Part shown: positions 52,127 to 63,463 of the stretch, in pieces
Position numbering within the stretch: the first letter of the stretch is position 1
How the letters are laid out: every line of letters begins with the position of its first letter
Assembly: GCA_021776785.1 (NCBI GenBank)
Contig: JAJFFF010000044.1
Location: forward strand, 282,230 to 346,229
Source: Planctomycetota bacterium
GTDB taxonomy: Bacteria > Planctomycetota > PLA2
Length of the DNA: 64,000 nucleotides
Direction: 5' to 3'
Notes under the pieces: generated by a model
What the model was told of the DNA's origin: nothing
The model's database searches: none
Seen by the model: only the letters and a program-made list of their open reading frames with translations
Program-made: the position numbers and the translations under genes

Positions 52127-52972
52127 CCAGTACCACCAAAACGCGGGCACTTCGCGCGCCACGAATTGAGGGGTGCCCCGCACCGGACGCGTCTCGCGCG
52201 CCGGAACCGTGAAGACATCGCGCCCACGCGCCCGGTACGAAAGCTTGATGCGCGCGAGGTGATAAAAGTGGCTCACGACCAACGTCTTGCCCGAAGGTGT
52301 CGCGTCCACCGTGGCCCACGTGTTGTGCCCGGTTTCGTCGATCTCGATCGCGTGCGCGGGCACGCCGAGCGCGCGCGCCAACCGCGCCATCGCCGCCGTT
52401 TCATGCACCGCGCCATCGCCCGGGCCACCCGACATCCGCAAGCGCGGGGCGTAGCCTTCGTGATAGAGCGCACACGCTGTCTTGACGCGGTCTTCTAAGG
52501 TCAGCGATGGTGCGCCGTCGGCGTAACACCGCGCTCCGAACACGACGATGCGGTCCGCTGTCCGCGCGTAGTTCGACGACCCAAACGACCAGACGTGCAG
52601 CAAAGGGAAAGCGACCGCCAACGCGCACCCAAAAAACGCAATGGCCAAGCGGGGCCGGCGGACCCGAGGCGCGCAGGCCATCCCAAGCGGAAGCAAAAGC
52701 ATCACCGCGCTCGCCGAGATCGACGTACCCGCGACAAACGGGGCATGCGCGACCGCCCAAATATCGCGTCCAAGGCCGCACGCCAATGCCATCGCACTGG
52801 GCCAGCCCCACCAGCGCGATCCTGTGACCGCGTAGACCGTGAGTGCACCCCCCAACGCGCCACTCGCCCACGCCCCCGCGGATAAAACCCAACGGGACTG
52901 CGCCGCCGAGAGGCCCACGACCAAAAACAAACCGACGAAGAGGGCAAGCGCGCGACTGAGAGAGGTACCCAC
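52106..52972 (-). CDS. Membrane-anchored DUF218 (YdcF/ElyC/SanA-like) protein
   Basis: Three N-terminal TM helices, then IVVFGARCYADGAPSLTLEDRVKTACALYHEGYAPRLRMSGGPGDGAVHETAAM...LVVSHFYHLAR (DUF218 core). Confidence 0.65.
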   Translation of the reverse strand: MGTSLSRALALFVGLFLVVGLSAAQSRWVLSAGAWASGALGGALTVYAVTGSRWWGWPSAMALACGLGRDIWAVAHAPFVAGTSISASAVMLLLPLGMACAPRVRRPRLAIAFFGCALAVAFPLLHVWSFGSSNYARTADRIVVFGARCYADGAPSLTLEDRVKTACALYHEGYAPRLRMSGGPGDGAVHETAAMARLARALGVPAHAIEIDETGHNTWATVDATPSGKTLVVSHFYHLARIKLSYRARGRDVFTVPARETRPVRGTPQFVAREVPAFWWYWLRAAIA

Positions 52973-52976
52973 GAAC

Positions 52977-53465
52977 TCAGGATACGGCCGATTGTGCCCA
53001 CGTCTTCTCGAACTCGAATTCGCGTGTGTCCGACAGGTCGTGCAGTTCGCGGGTCCGCCCCGTCGCTTCGTAGCCCGTGCGCCGATAGACCTCGTGCGCC
53101 GTCACAAAACGTGTGTCGGACCACAACACGATGCGCGTGGCGCCGACGGCGCGCGCGTGATCTTCGACGAGTGTGATGAGCCGGCGCCCCAGACCCTGCC
53201 TCCGGGCACTCTCGTGGACGTACAGCTTCTTGAGTTCGACGGTCGGCGCGCGCGCGGTGCATTCGGTGCACCCGATGCACCCCACGATCTCGCTATCTTG
53301 GTCCTCGGCCACCCAAAAAAACGGAAATCTCGAGGCGGGGGCGCGCAGCTCCGGTTCCTCGCGATCCACATCCAGCAAGACGCCCGGATACTCGGCGAAT
53401 ACCGAACCGATCAGCGCGATCACGCCGGCTGAGTCTTCGTCGCGGGCGGTGCGAATAGATGCCAT
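52977..53465 (-). CDS. GNAT-family N-acetyltransferase
   Basis: IRTARDEDSAGV...LKKLYVHESARRQGLGRRLITLVEDHARAVGATRIVL (acetyl-CoA binding R/Q-x-x-G-x-G/A). Confidence 0.7.
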   Translation of the reverse strand: MASIRTARDEDSAGVIALIGSVFAEYPGVLLDVDREEPELRAPASRFPFFWVAEDQDSEIVGCIGCTECTARAPTVELKKLYVHESARRQGLGRRLITLVEDHARAVGATRIVLWSDTRFVTAHEVYRRTGYEATGRTRELHDLSDTREFEFEKTWAQSAVS

Positions 53466-53539
53466 TTTCGAGAGTTCGTAAGGGGCGCGAACGTATTGCG
53501 GAATCGAAACCGCGACCCCGGTTGGGTAGTCTAATTTCC

Positions 53540-54529
53540 ATGGTAACGCTTGCGCAACTCGCCGACATGTTTGGTGGGGAAGTCCAAGGCGACGGCTCCA
53601 CAGAAATCACCCGCATTACTTCGCTGGAATCGGGCGGCGAAGGAGACATCGCCCCCGCGGGCGAAGAGCGCTTCCGACGCGCGGCCAAGGTCACGAACGC
53701 GGCCGCGCTGCTGGTCTCACCCGAGCTCGCTGAAGTGAACGACGCGCCAAAGATTGTCCACCGCTATCCGTTGGTCGCGGCGAACGGCATCATCGAGCAC
53801 TTCGGTCTCATCGAGCCGCGCCGCCCGGCGGCGATTCATCCGACCGCCATCATCGACGCGACGGCGACCGTCGGCCCGGACTGCCGCATCGGCCCCTTCG
53901 TCGTGATCGAAGCCGGCGCCGTCATCGGAGCGCGCTGCGAGATTCAAGCGCACGTCACCATCGAGCGCGGCGTGATCTTAGGCGACGACTGCCGCATTGA
54001 GCCGGGTGCTGTCTTGCATTGCGGGTTGCAGGCGGGCCATCAGGTCGTCGTCGGCGCCAACAGCGTCATCTCCCGGCAAGGCTTTGGGTACGGACAGGGC
54101 CCCACGCATCTCGTCCGGCTCCACCACATCGGCAGAGTCGTATTGGAGGACGGCGTCGAGATCGGCGCGCTCACCGCCGTGGACCGCGCGCGCTATGACG
54201 TCACCCGCATCGGAACACGGTCCGGGTTCGACAATCTCTGCCAGATCGCGCACAACTCGGTCGTCGGGAAACACTCATTCGGCGCAGCGCAGGTCGGCCT
54301 GGCCGGCCGCAGCGTGATCGGCGACTTCTGCCAACTCGGTGGGCAGTCCGCTGTCGCGCTCGGCGCAACATTGGGCGACCACAGCAAGCTCGGCGCACAA
54401 GCGGGATTGATCAAGAGCGCGAAACCGCATTCCGATCTCTGGGGCACGCCCGCCCAGAGCAAGTTGAAATATCTACGCCAGCTCGCGACGGGCCGAAAAC
54501 TCACGCGCAAGCAGTACGAAAACAAATAG
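53540..54529 (+). CDS. lpxD: UDP-3-O-acylglucosamine N-acyltransferase LpxD
   Basis: N-terminal LAQLADMFGGEVQGDG...ITRITSLESGGEGDIA (LpxD N-domain), followed by left-handed beta-helix hexapeptide repeats (IHPTAIIDATATVGPDCRIGPFVVIEAGAVIGARCEI...) and a C-terminal helix. Confidence 0.85.
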   Translation: MVTLAQLADMFGGEVQGDGSTEITRITSLESGGEGDIAPAGEERFRRAAKVTNAAALLVSPELAEVNDAPKIVHRYPLVAANGIIEHFGLIEPRRPAAIHPTAIIDATATVGPDCRIGPFVVIEAGAVIGARCEIQAHVTIERGVILGDDCRIEPGAVLHCGLQAGHQVVVGANSVISRQGFGYGQGPTHLVRLHHIGRVVLEDGVEIGALTAVDRARYDVTRIGTRSGFDNLCQIAHNSVVGKHSFGAAQVGLAGRSVIGDFCQLGGQSAVALGATLGDHSKLGAQAGLIKSAKPHSDLWGTPAQSKLKYLRQLATGRKLTRKQYENK

Positions 54530-54569
54530 CGCCCGCGCGAACCGAAGTTCGACGCGGGCCTTGTGTTTG

Positions 54570-54672
54570 TTGTTCACGGCTGACGCCGTCTGTGTTTTTG
54601 GTTCCACGGCTGACGCCGTCGGAGACTCTGACGCCCGTTTGGTGCTTTGCTCCAATGCGGCGTCAGCCGCCA
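54570..54672. terminator. Direct-repeat/inverted-repeat structure between convergent genes, a putative bidirectional terminator
   Basis: cacggctgacgccgtc occurs twice (54575-54590 and 54605-54620), and its complement ggcgtcagccg occurs at 54660-54670, so alternative long hairpins are possible. It lies between the lpxD stop and the stop of the minus-strand lipoprotein gene. Confidence 0.4.
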
Positions 54673-54682
54673 AGAACTTCGC

Positions 54683-56296
54683 TTAGCGACCGCGACGCGC
54701 TCGTCCCGCCTCGTCAACCTCTTTGACGAGGTTCGTCATCGCCTTGGCGTCAAGCCGGAACCCGATGCGCAGGGCCCGTCCGTTCCGGGTTCCGAAGATC
54801 ATGCCCGGGACAGCATCGCCATCTTTCACGGTCGGCGCTTTCTTGTCGCCGCGCGCGCGCGCGAACTCGGTCGCGCCCTTTAAGAAACCGCGCGCTTCAA
54901 GGTGCACCAAGAATCCGAGCGTGCCTTTCGCCTCGCTCAACGCGTGCGCAAAGTGCTGACTCGGTTCTGCGCCCTTGACGAGTTCCTTAATGGGACCGAC
55001 GCCGTCGCTGCTCATGACGATCGACAGCCGACCGTTCCCACCCGCAGCCGTCAGATTGACTCCGTTCGGGAAGAGACGCTCCAGCGAACGCTCGGACTGC
55101 TTGAGTTCTTCGCTAAACGTAAGCTGGCCCGGATAGGCCGTGGCGCCACCAACGTCCATCTTGTCGCCCGGCGCGTAGGTCACACCCGCCTTAGTCAGGC
55201 TACCGAAGACTTCGCTGTACTGCTTCGCCACGTCGCCGGCGTCCGTCGCACGCGCGGCCACGGCAAGGTGGAGCCCACTGGACGCGACGTTCACACTCGC
55301 CCCCCAGTCGTGGCCCATGTTCTTCGCGAACTTCATCAACTTCTTGTTCACTTCGTCCATCACGCGGGCCTGTTCGGGAGACATCTGCTTTTGCGCGAGC
55401 GCCGAAGCGGCTTCCGAGTACTGCGCAAGCGCTTGGGCGTCCATCTTGAACAAGATTGCAAGCGGTGTGTTGGCACCGAGATGCTTGGCCATCTCGCGCA
55501 AGTTCGTTTCGCCGCCGGGCATCTCGGCGATCTTGCTGCCGGGTTTGGCCGTGTAGATCATGTCGGCGGACAACATCGGACTAGCGTCATGCGCCACAAT
55601 GTCTAAGTACTCGGCGCTCAGGATGAAGTCGCGAATGTACCCAAACGCGCCCTTCGCCGCGCTCGTGGCATCCACGCCCGGCGCCATCTTCCCAAGGTTG
55701 CCACCCACCATCATCTCGCCCAAGCCCAACACGCCGTCGATGTCGGAACGGAACAACTCGACGGCGGCCCCGAGATCCACGCGAATCACGACGTCGCCGG
55801 CGGGCATACCGGACACGAGCTTGCTCGATCCGGCCGCGTAGTTCGGATCCTGCGAAAGGGCGACGTAGCTCCCGCCGACCTCTTTCGACTTAAACATCGG
55901 GTGCGCGCTCTTGGCGACGGCCGCCGGATCCGCAACGGGCAAGATGACGGTGGCAACGGGGCGCGGCATGCTCCCGATTTTTTCCAACCGGAACGCCACG
56001 GCGAGCGGACGGTTGGGATCGATGACCTTGGCGTCGATGCCGACTAACCCCATCCTCGACTTGTACTCGACGTCCTCTTGGAACATCGCGCCGATCAGGC
56101 CGGTGATGTTATCGATGTTTTGGATCGAACGGGCCAACACGACGATGTGCGTGTCGGCGGGGAGAAGCGATGCAAGATCGCTGTCGATGTTTTGCGTTCC
56201 AAACGCTTCGGCCAGCGCGGCCCAATCGCTGGGATCGTCCTGGCCACAGGCCACGACCAACGACAACAAACCAACTAAGAACCACTTTGCTCGCAT
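54683..56296 (-). CDS. Hypothetical secreted lipoprotein (537 aa)
   Basis: MRAKWFLVGLLSLVVACGQDD (lipobox VVAC). No recognisable catalytic motif. Confidence 0.5.
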   Translation of the reverse strand: MRAKWFLVGLLSLVVACGQDDPSDWAALAEAFGTQNIDSDLASLLPADTHIVVLARSIQNIDNITGLIGAMFQEDVEYKSRMGLVGIDAKVIDPNRPLAVAFRLEKIGSMPRPVATVILPVADPAAVAKSAHPMFKSKEVGGSYVALSQDPNYAAGSSKLVSGMPAGDVVIRVDLGAAVELFRSDIDGVLGLGEMMVGGNLGKMAPGVDATSAAKGAFGYIRDFILSAEYLDIVAHDASPMLSADMIYTAKPGSKIAEMPGGETNLREMAKHLGANTPLAILFKMDAQALAQYSEAASALAQKQMSPEQARVMDEVNKKLMKFAKNMGHDWGASVNVASSGLHLAVAARATDAGDVAKQYSEVFGSLTKAGVTYAPGDKMDVGGATAYPGQLTFSEELKQSERSLERLFPNGVNLTAAGGNGRLSIVMSSDGVGPIKELVKGAEPSQHFAHALSEAKGTLGFLVHLEARGFLKGATEFARARGDKKAPTVKDGDAVPGMIFGTRNGRALRIGFRLDAKAMTNLVKEVDEAGRARRGR

Positions 56297-56428
56297 GACT
56301 TTCCTCCGCCCACGGGAACCAATTGGGGCTATCCGCGCCCATGGTAGCAGTGGACCTGGGCGCTTTCGCGGTTCGACGCACGCGTCAAAGTGGGCGAGTC
56401 GAGACTCCTCATCTATCGTGAATCATGC

Positions 56429-57277
56429 ATGCAGGACAATACCGTGGTGCCGCCGATTCCGACCCCCCGCGCCGTGCAGATGTGTCCCCCCGACGCGTTC
56501 GATGTGGTCGATGTGAAAAACCCGTTCATGGTCGGGAACGAAGGGGCTGTGGATCGCGCGCGCGCCCGGCGACAGTGGGACGCGCTGCGGGCTGCGTTCG
56601 AAGCGGCCGGCATGCCGGTGGAAGTGTTGCCCCCCGAACCCGACTGCGAGGACATGACGTTTTGTGCGAACCCGTCGTTTCCCTATCTCGACCGGGACGG
56701 GGCGCGCGTTTGCCTGCTTGGGCGGATGCGTTCCCCTTCGCGCGAACGCGAGACGCCGGCCGTGCGCGCTTGGTTTCAGGCCGCGGGGTATCGAGTCGTT
56801 TCGATCCCCGCGGCGTACGAAGGCGGCGGCGACACGTTGAGCCACCCGGGCCGGCGGCTGCTCTGGGGTGGGATCGGACCGCGCAGCGAGGCGGCCGCGT
56901 ATCCGATCGTCTCGCGCACTCTCGACGTCGAAGTGAAGACGCTGAAGCTCGCGACAAAACGCTTCTATCACCTCGACACGTGCCTCTGCTTGCTCGACGA
57001 ACAGAGCGCGCTGGTCTTTGAACCAGCGTTCGAACCGGCCGGCTTGGATCTCCTGCGGACGGAGTTCTCCACGCTCATCTGCGTGAGCTCCGCCGACGCG
57101 GACAAGATGGCATGCAATGCCGTCGCCCTCCCCCATCGCACCGTCCTCATCCCCACCGGCTGCGCCCAGACGGTCCAGCAGCTGCGGGACCGCGCATTCA
57201 CCGTCGTCGAAATCGACACGGGAGAATTTTTGAAGTCAGGCGGCAGTGTGTTCTGCCTCAAGCAGTTTCTTTACTAA
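56429..57277 (+). CDS. Amidinotransferase-superfamily protein (dimethylarginine dimethylaminohydrolase/arginine-deiminase-like)
   Basis: FMVGNEGAVDRA..., HLDTCLCLLDE and the C-terminal GGSVFCLKQ (Cys nucleophile in GGS..C). The track ORF begins at GTG 56390, but ATG 56429 was chosen. Confidence 0.6.
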   Translation: MQDNTVVPPIPTPRAVQMCPPDAFDVVDVKNPFMVGNEGAVDRARARRQWDALRAAFEAAGMPVEVLPPEPDCEDMTFCANPSFPYLDRDGARVCLLGRMRSPSRERETPAVRAWFQAAGYRVVSIPAAYEGGGDTLSHPGRRLLWGGIGPRSEAAAYPIVSRTLDVEVKTLKLATKRFYHLDTCLCLLDEQSALVFEPAFEPAGLDLLRTEFSTLICVSSADADKMACNAVALPHRTVLIPTGCAQTVQQLRDRAFTVVEIDTGEFLKSGGSVFCLKQFLY

Positions 57278-57286
57278 GATTGGGCC

Positions 57287-57736
57287 ATGCAACGGGTGCT
57301 GGCGATGTTCACGATGTTCGGAATCGCGCTCTGCGGATGCGTCAGCTCGACCGGTGGCATGGCCGCGCGCGCCGTGGACGGGTCCTGGACGGCCACGTTC
57401 AACGGTGATCGCGACGCGATTTATCACGCGGCGGTCGACACGTTCCTGTCAAAGAGCTATTCGCTGCAGAAGACAAACGGTCCCGGCGGCACGTTTACCG
57501 CGCGTTCGCCGGTGCAGACCCGCAGGATTCCGCTGCTTCCGGATCGGGTGCGCTACACGATCGCGCACGTCGTCGTCGAGCCGGCCACCGAGGGCATGGC
57601 GCGGGTGCGCTTGACGCTTACGAAGGCCAACGAGTCGGCGAGCAACGGGCGCGAACCCAACAACGACGACGTGGTCGAAGACCGCGAGGCGTACGAAATC
57701 TGGTTCGGCCGGATCGGGGCGCGGGTCAACCCGTGA
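57287..57736 (+). CDS. Hypothetical lipoprotein
   Basis: MQRVLAMFTMFGIALCGCVSS (lipobox LCGC). 149 aa. Confidence 0.45.
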   Translation: MQRVLAMFTMFGIALCGCVSSTGGMAARAVDGSWTATFNGDRDAIYHAAVDTFLSKSYSLQKTNGPGGTFTARSPVQTRRIPLLPDRVRYTIAHVVVEPATEGMARVRLTLTKANESASNGREPNNDDVVEDREAYEIWFGRIGARVNP

Positions 57737-58134
57737 CGCAGCGCAAACCCGGCAACGTCTCCTGGGAGTCTTGGATTGAACGTCAGATCCGGGAAGCGCA
57801 GGAACGCGGCGAGTTTGAAAACCTTCCCGGCGCCGGCAAGCCGATCCCAGGGCTCGATAAACCGCACGACCCGCTGTGGTGGGTCCGTCAACTTCTCGAA
57901 CGGGAGAATCTGTCGATCGGATCGGAGGTCTTCGATTTGAAAAAACGAATCGAAGAGGTGATGGCGCGCATCCAAAACATCGCCAGCGAAGCCTGGGTGC
58001 GGCGTCTGGTGAGCGACCTCAACGAGGAGATCGTTCAATTCAACAAAACGCAGGCGGCGGGGCCGGGTCCCGGCATCGCTCCGTTTTCTGTGGACGAGGT
58101 GGTGAAGCGATGGCGCAACGCGCGATCTTCTTAG
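57733..58134 (+). CDS. DUF1992 (DnaJC28-like) domain protein
   Basis: SWESWIERQIREAQERGEFENLPGAGKPIP is the DUF1992 signature. ATGA overlap with the upstream gene. Confidence 0.6.
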   Translation: MTQRKPGNVSWESWIERQIREAQERGEFENLPGAGKPIPGLDKPHDPLWWVRQLLERENLSIGSEVFDLKKRIEEVMARIQNIASEAWVRRLVSDLNEEIVQFNKTQAAGPGPGIAPFSVDEVVKRWRNARSS

Positions 58135-59486
58135 TGCTCCTGGTCGTGCTCGGCTGCAAGTCGACGATCAAGCCGCCCGTGCTCGGCGGGTTCTATGACC
58201 GGGCCGCGGCGTACCACGGGACGGAGCGCAATCCGGTCATCGTGATCCCTGGCGTTCTCGGGTCGCGTCTCGTCGACCCAGACACCGACCGCGTGATCTG
58301 GGGCGCGTTCGGTGGTGACTACGCCGATCCCAGTGAACCGGACGGCGCGCGATTAATTGCGCATCGCATGGGCCAGGGCAAGACGCTGCGCGAGCTACAC
58401 GACGGCGCGCGCGTCGCGGGTGCACTCGATCGACTCGACGTCAGCATCTTCGGGATCCACCTGAGCCTGAGCGCGTACGCCAACCTGCTCATTTCGTTAG
58501 GTGCGGGCGGCTATCAGGATCAAGACCTCGGCATCGCGGGCGCGATTGACTACGGCACCGACCACTACACGTGTTTTCAGTTCCCGTACGACTGGCGACG
58601 CGACAACATCGAAAACGCCCGCGCGCTCAAGCAGTTCATCTTGGAGAAACGAAAGTTCGTCGAGGACGGAAACAAGAAACGCGGCATCAAGCAGACCAAG
58701 CCCGTCAAATTCGACATCATCGCGCACTCGATGGGTGGACTCCTGACGCGCTACTTCCTGCGTTACGGTGACGCCGAGCCGCAGGGCGAAGCGCCCCCGC
58801 CGCTGACGTGGGAAGGCGCGGAGTATGTCGAGCGCGCCGTGCTCATCGGCACGCCCAACGCCGGCTCGGCGGAAGCGCTGGAGCAACTCGTCAACGGTGT
58901 ACGGTTCTCGCGCCTGTTCTCTCGGTACACGCCGACGATCCTGGGCACGATGCCCTCGATCTATCAGTTGCTCCACCGGCCCCGTCACGCGCAGAGCAAG
59001 TTCGGCGACTTCATGGACATCGCGGTCTGGGAAAAAAACAACTGGGGCCTCGCGAATCCCAGCGACAAAGAGCTCGCGATGCTGCTGCCCGACGCCCCAG
59101 CTGGCGAGCGACGCGCCATCGCGCACGATCACCTCGCAAAGTGTCTGAGCCGCGCCCGCGCGTTTCACACGGCCATCGATCGGCCAGCGAAGCCCCCCGC
59201 AGGTACGCAGTTGATCTTGTTTGCGGGCGATGCGGTTCCGACGCCCATGCGCTTGGGCCTAAAGGACGGGAAGTTTAGGGCGATCGAGGCGGTGCCCGGC
59301 GACGGAACGGTCGCGCGTTATAGCGCGCTGATGGACGAACGCGCCGACGGCAACTGGGGCCCGATGCTACGCTCGCCCATTCATTGGACGCGCGTGCAGT
59401 TTCTCTTCCAAGACCACCTGGGGTTGACCAAAGCGCCCGCGTTCACCGACAACCTGCTGTACCTCCTGCTCGAAGAACCGCGCTAA
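58110..59486 (+). CDS. Lipoprotein alpha/beta-hydrolase of the LCAT/PGAP1-like lipase/acyltransferase type
   Basis: [18 protein letters not shown] (lipobox). [13 protein letters not shown], and the nucleophile elbow [17 protein letters not shown]. Overlaps the DUF1992 gene 3' end by 25 nt. Confidence 0.65.
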   Translation: MAQRAIFLVLLVVLGCKSTIKPPVLGGFYDRAAAYHGTERNPVIVIPGVLGSRLVDPDTDRVIWGAFGGDYADPSEPDGARLIAHRMGQGKTLRELHDGARVAGALDRLDVSIFGIHLSLSAYANLLISLGAGGYQDQDLGIAGAIDYGTDHYTCFQFPYDWRRDNIENARALKQFILEKRKFVEDGNKKRGIKQTKPVKFDIIAHSMGGLLTRYFLRYGDAEPQGEAPPPLTWEGAEYVERAVLIGTPNAGSAEALEQLVNGVRFSRLFSRYTPTILGTMPSIYQLLHRPRHAQSKFGDFMDIAVWEKNNWGLANPSDKELAMLLPDAPAGERRAIAHDHLAKCLSRARAFHTAIDRPAKPPAGTQLILFAGDAVPTPMRLGLKDGKFRAIEAVPGDGTVARYSALMDERADGNWGPMLRSPIHWTRVQFLFQDHLGLTKAPAFTDNLLYLLLEEPR

Positions 59487-59487
59487 C

Positions 59488-61281
<1,794 letters not shown>

Positions 61282-61416
61282 AACCGTCGTACCCCGCGGC
61301 CTACACTGCCGCTTTGGTACGGCTCTTAGGGCGCAGTGAGGATCGTTGGGCACGCGCGATGCACTAACGTTCGCTTCGACCATTCGAGTTCAAAAAAAAC
61401 GACACGGAGCGCGATC

Positions 61417-63009
61417 ATGTCGCACGCCCGCAAGAGCAACTACGAGCTCTCCCATCACGGCTTGGCCAGTCTTGGCCAGGAGCACTGGAATCTCACGACC
61501 GCCGCCCTCTATGAGGAGGCGATTCGTCGTGGCGAGGCCAAGCTCGCTGCCGACGGCCCGCTTTTGGCGGTGACCGGGCAACACACGGGTCGCTCCCCGA
61601 ACGACAAGTTCACGACACGCGAGCCCGGCACGGAAAAAGACATCTGGTGGGGCGACGTCAACCGCCCGATCGAGCCGGCCCAGTTCGAAGCGATGTATCA
61701 AAAGATGATCGCTCACTACGCCGGCCGCGACTGCTTTGTGCAGGACTGTTATGCGGGCGCCGATGCCGACTATCGTCTGAAGGTCCGTGTCGTCACCGAG
61801 TGCGCGTGGCACAACTTGTTCGCCCGCAACATGTTCATTCAACCGGCGGACTCCGAGCTCTCTGACTTCGAGCCGCAGTTCACCGTCTTGCAGGCGCCTT
61901 CGCTCCTCGCGGACCCGGCGACCGACGGGACGAACTCCGGCACGTTTGTCTTGGTGAGTTTCGAGCGGCGCATGGTGCTCATCGGTGGCACGAGCTACGC
62001 CGGCGAAATCAAGAAGTCGATCTTCTCCGTGCTCAACTACATGTTGCCTGATCGCGGCGTGCTTCCGATGCACTGCTCCGCCAACATTGGCAAGGACGGC
62101 GATTCCGCTCTTTTCTTTGGACTCTCTGGAACCGGCAAGACGACGCTCTCCGCGGATCCGCGCCGCGGCTTGATCGGCGACGATGAGCACGGCTGGAGCG
62201 ATAACGGCGTCTTCAACTTCGAGGGTGGCTGCTACGCCAAGGTGGTTCGCCTCGACCGGCAGGCCGAGCCCCAGATCTACGCGACGACGAAACGCTTCGG
62301 CACGATTCTTGAGAACGTCGTGATGGACGACGAGACCCACGCCATTAACTTAGACGACGCGCGCTTGACCGAAAACACGCGCGCTTCGTATCCGACCGAG
62401 TTCATCGACGGCGTGGTTTCCGACGCCATGGGCGGGCATCCGAATAACGTCTTTTTCCTGACGTGCGATGCGTTCGGCGTTTTGCCGCCGATTAGCCGCT
62501 TGTCGCCCGAGCAGGCGATGTACCACTTCCTTTCGGGTTACACCGCGAAGGTTGCGGGAACTGAGAAGGGCGTCACGGAGCCCACCGCGACATTTAGCGC
62601 GTGCTTTGGCGCGCCGTTTCTCCCGCGTTTCCCCGGCGTGTATGCGCAGATGCTCGGCGAGCGAATTCGCAACCACAACGCGAAGTGCTGGCTCGTCAAC
62701 ACGGGCTGGACGGGCGGCGCCCACGGCGCTGGCTCGCGCATGAAGATCGCCCACACGCGCGCCACACTCGACGCCGTGTTGAGCGGCGAACTCAACGGCG
62801 TCACTTTCGAGAAGGATCCGATTTTCGGTCTCGCCATTCCGGCGGAGTGTCCTGGCGTCCCCGCCGACGTCCTACGTCCGAACCTAACCTGGTCCGACCA
62901 GGGTGCTTACAACGCCCAAGCGAAAAAGCTGGCGCAGCTGTTCAAAGACAACTTCAAGCAGTTCGCCGACGAAACCGGCCCCGAAATCGAAGCAGCCGGC
63001 CCCCGCTAA
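61417..63009 (+). CDS. pckA: Phosphoenolpyruvate carboxykinase (ATP)
   Basis: [22 protein letters not shown] (kinase-1a P-loop), GDDEHGW and [15 protein letters not shown] are conserved PckA blocks. 530 aa. Confidence 0.9.
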   Translation: MSHARKSNYELSHHGLASLGQEHWNLTTAALYEEAIRRGEAKLAADGPLLAVTGQHTGRSPNDKFTTREPGTEKDIWWGDVNRPIEPAQFEAMYQKMIAHYAGRDCFVQDCYAGADADYRLKVRVVTECAWHNLFARNMFIQPADSELSDFEPQFTVLQAPSLLADPATDGTNSGTFVLVSFERRMVLIGGTSYAGEIKKSIFSVLNYMLPDRGVLPMHCSANIGKDGDSALFFGLSGTGKTTLSADPRRGLIGDDEHGWSDNGVFNFEGGCYAKVVRLDRQAEPQIYATTKRFGTILENVVMDDETHAINLDDARLTENTRASYPTEFIDGVVSDAMGGHPNNVFFLTCDAFGVLPPISRLSPEQAMYHFLSGYTAKVAGTEKGVTEPTATFSACFGAPFLPRFPGVYAQMLGERIRNHNAKCWLVNTGWTGGAHGAGSRMKIAHTRATLDAVLSGELNGVTFEKDPIFGLAIPAECPGVPADVLRPNLTWSDQGAYNAQAKKLAQLFKDNFKQFADETGPEIEAAGPR

Positions 63010-63100
63010 AAGCGCCCCAAAACCGCCAACGGCCGCGCCACAAGGCCCCCGTTCCAGGCCCCCCGAACGCCCCGCCCACACGGGATCCACACGCGGCCCA

Positions 63101-63440
63101 CACGGGACCACTTCTCATTGTAAAACGCTGTAACTTGTTTTGGATGCTTGTGTTGTGGTGATCGTCTGCGGGATTTTTCGCGCAAAACGACGCCGCGCCG
63201 CTATCTCACCCAGATCTGCGAAGCAGCCCTAGTCGCGCTCCGATCGCCCCCTACGTGCCGTCTGTTGCGGTTTCGGCGCACGGCGCGGCATGGCAGGCAC
63301 CCTGTCATTGTGCGCGGAAAATCCCGCAGCCGAATGACATAACCCAATAAAAATAAACAGCTTACAGCGCCCACGAGGGAGAAGTGGTCCCGTTCTAAGT
63401 CCCGTTCCAATCGGTTGGTTGGCTTTTTTTTGGGGGGGAG
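63101..63440. repeat. Copy B of the nested inverted-repeat (MITE-like) element
   Basis: Outer IR cgggaccacttctc (63103-63116) pairs with gagaagtggtcccg (63379-63392). Inner IR gcgggatttttcgcgcaaaacg (63168-63189) pairs with ttgtgcgcggaaaatcccgc (63308-63327). Flanking ggttggttggctttttttt is the complement of the aaaaagccaaacccaacc flank of copy A. It lies between convergent pckA and MFS genes. Confidence 0.5.
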
Positions 63441-63463
63441 GGGGCGTTTGCGGTCTTTTGGGC

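Noticed and set aside
54902-57136. Antisense ORFs (234 aa plus-strand in the lipoprotein gene; 237 aa minus-strand in the amidinotransferase gene)
   Set aside because: High-GC antisense artefacts without start context.
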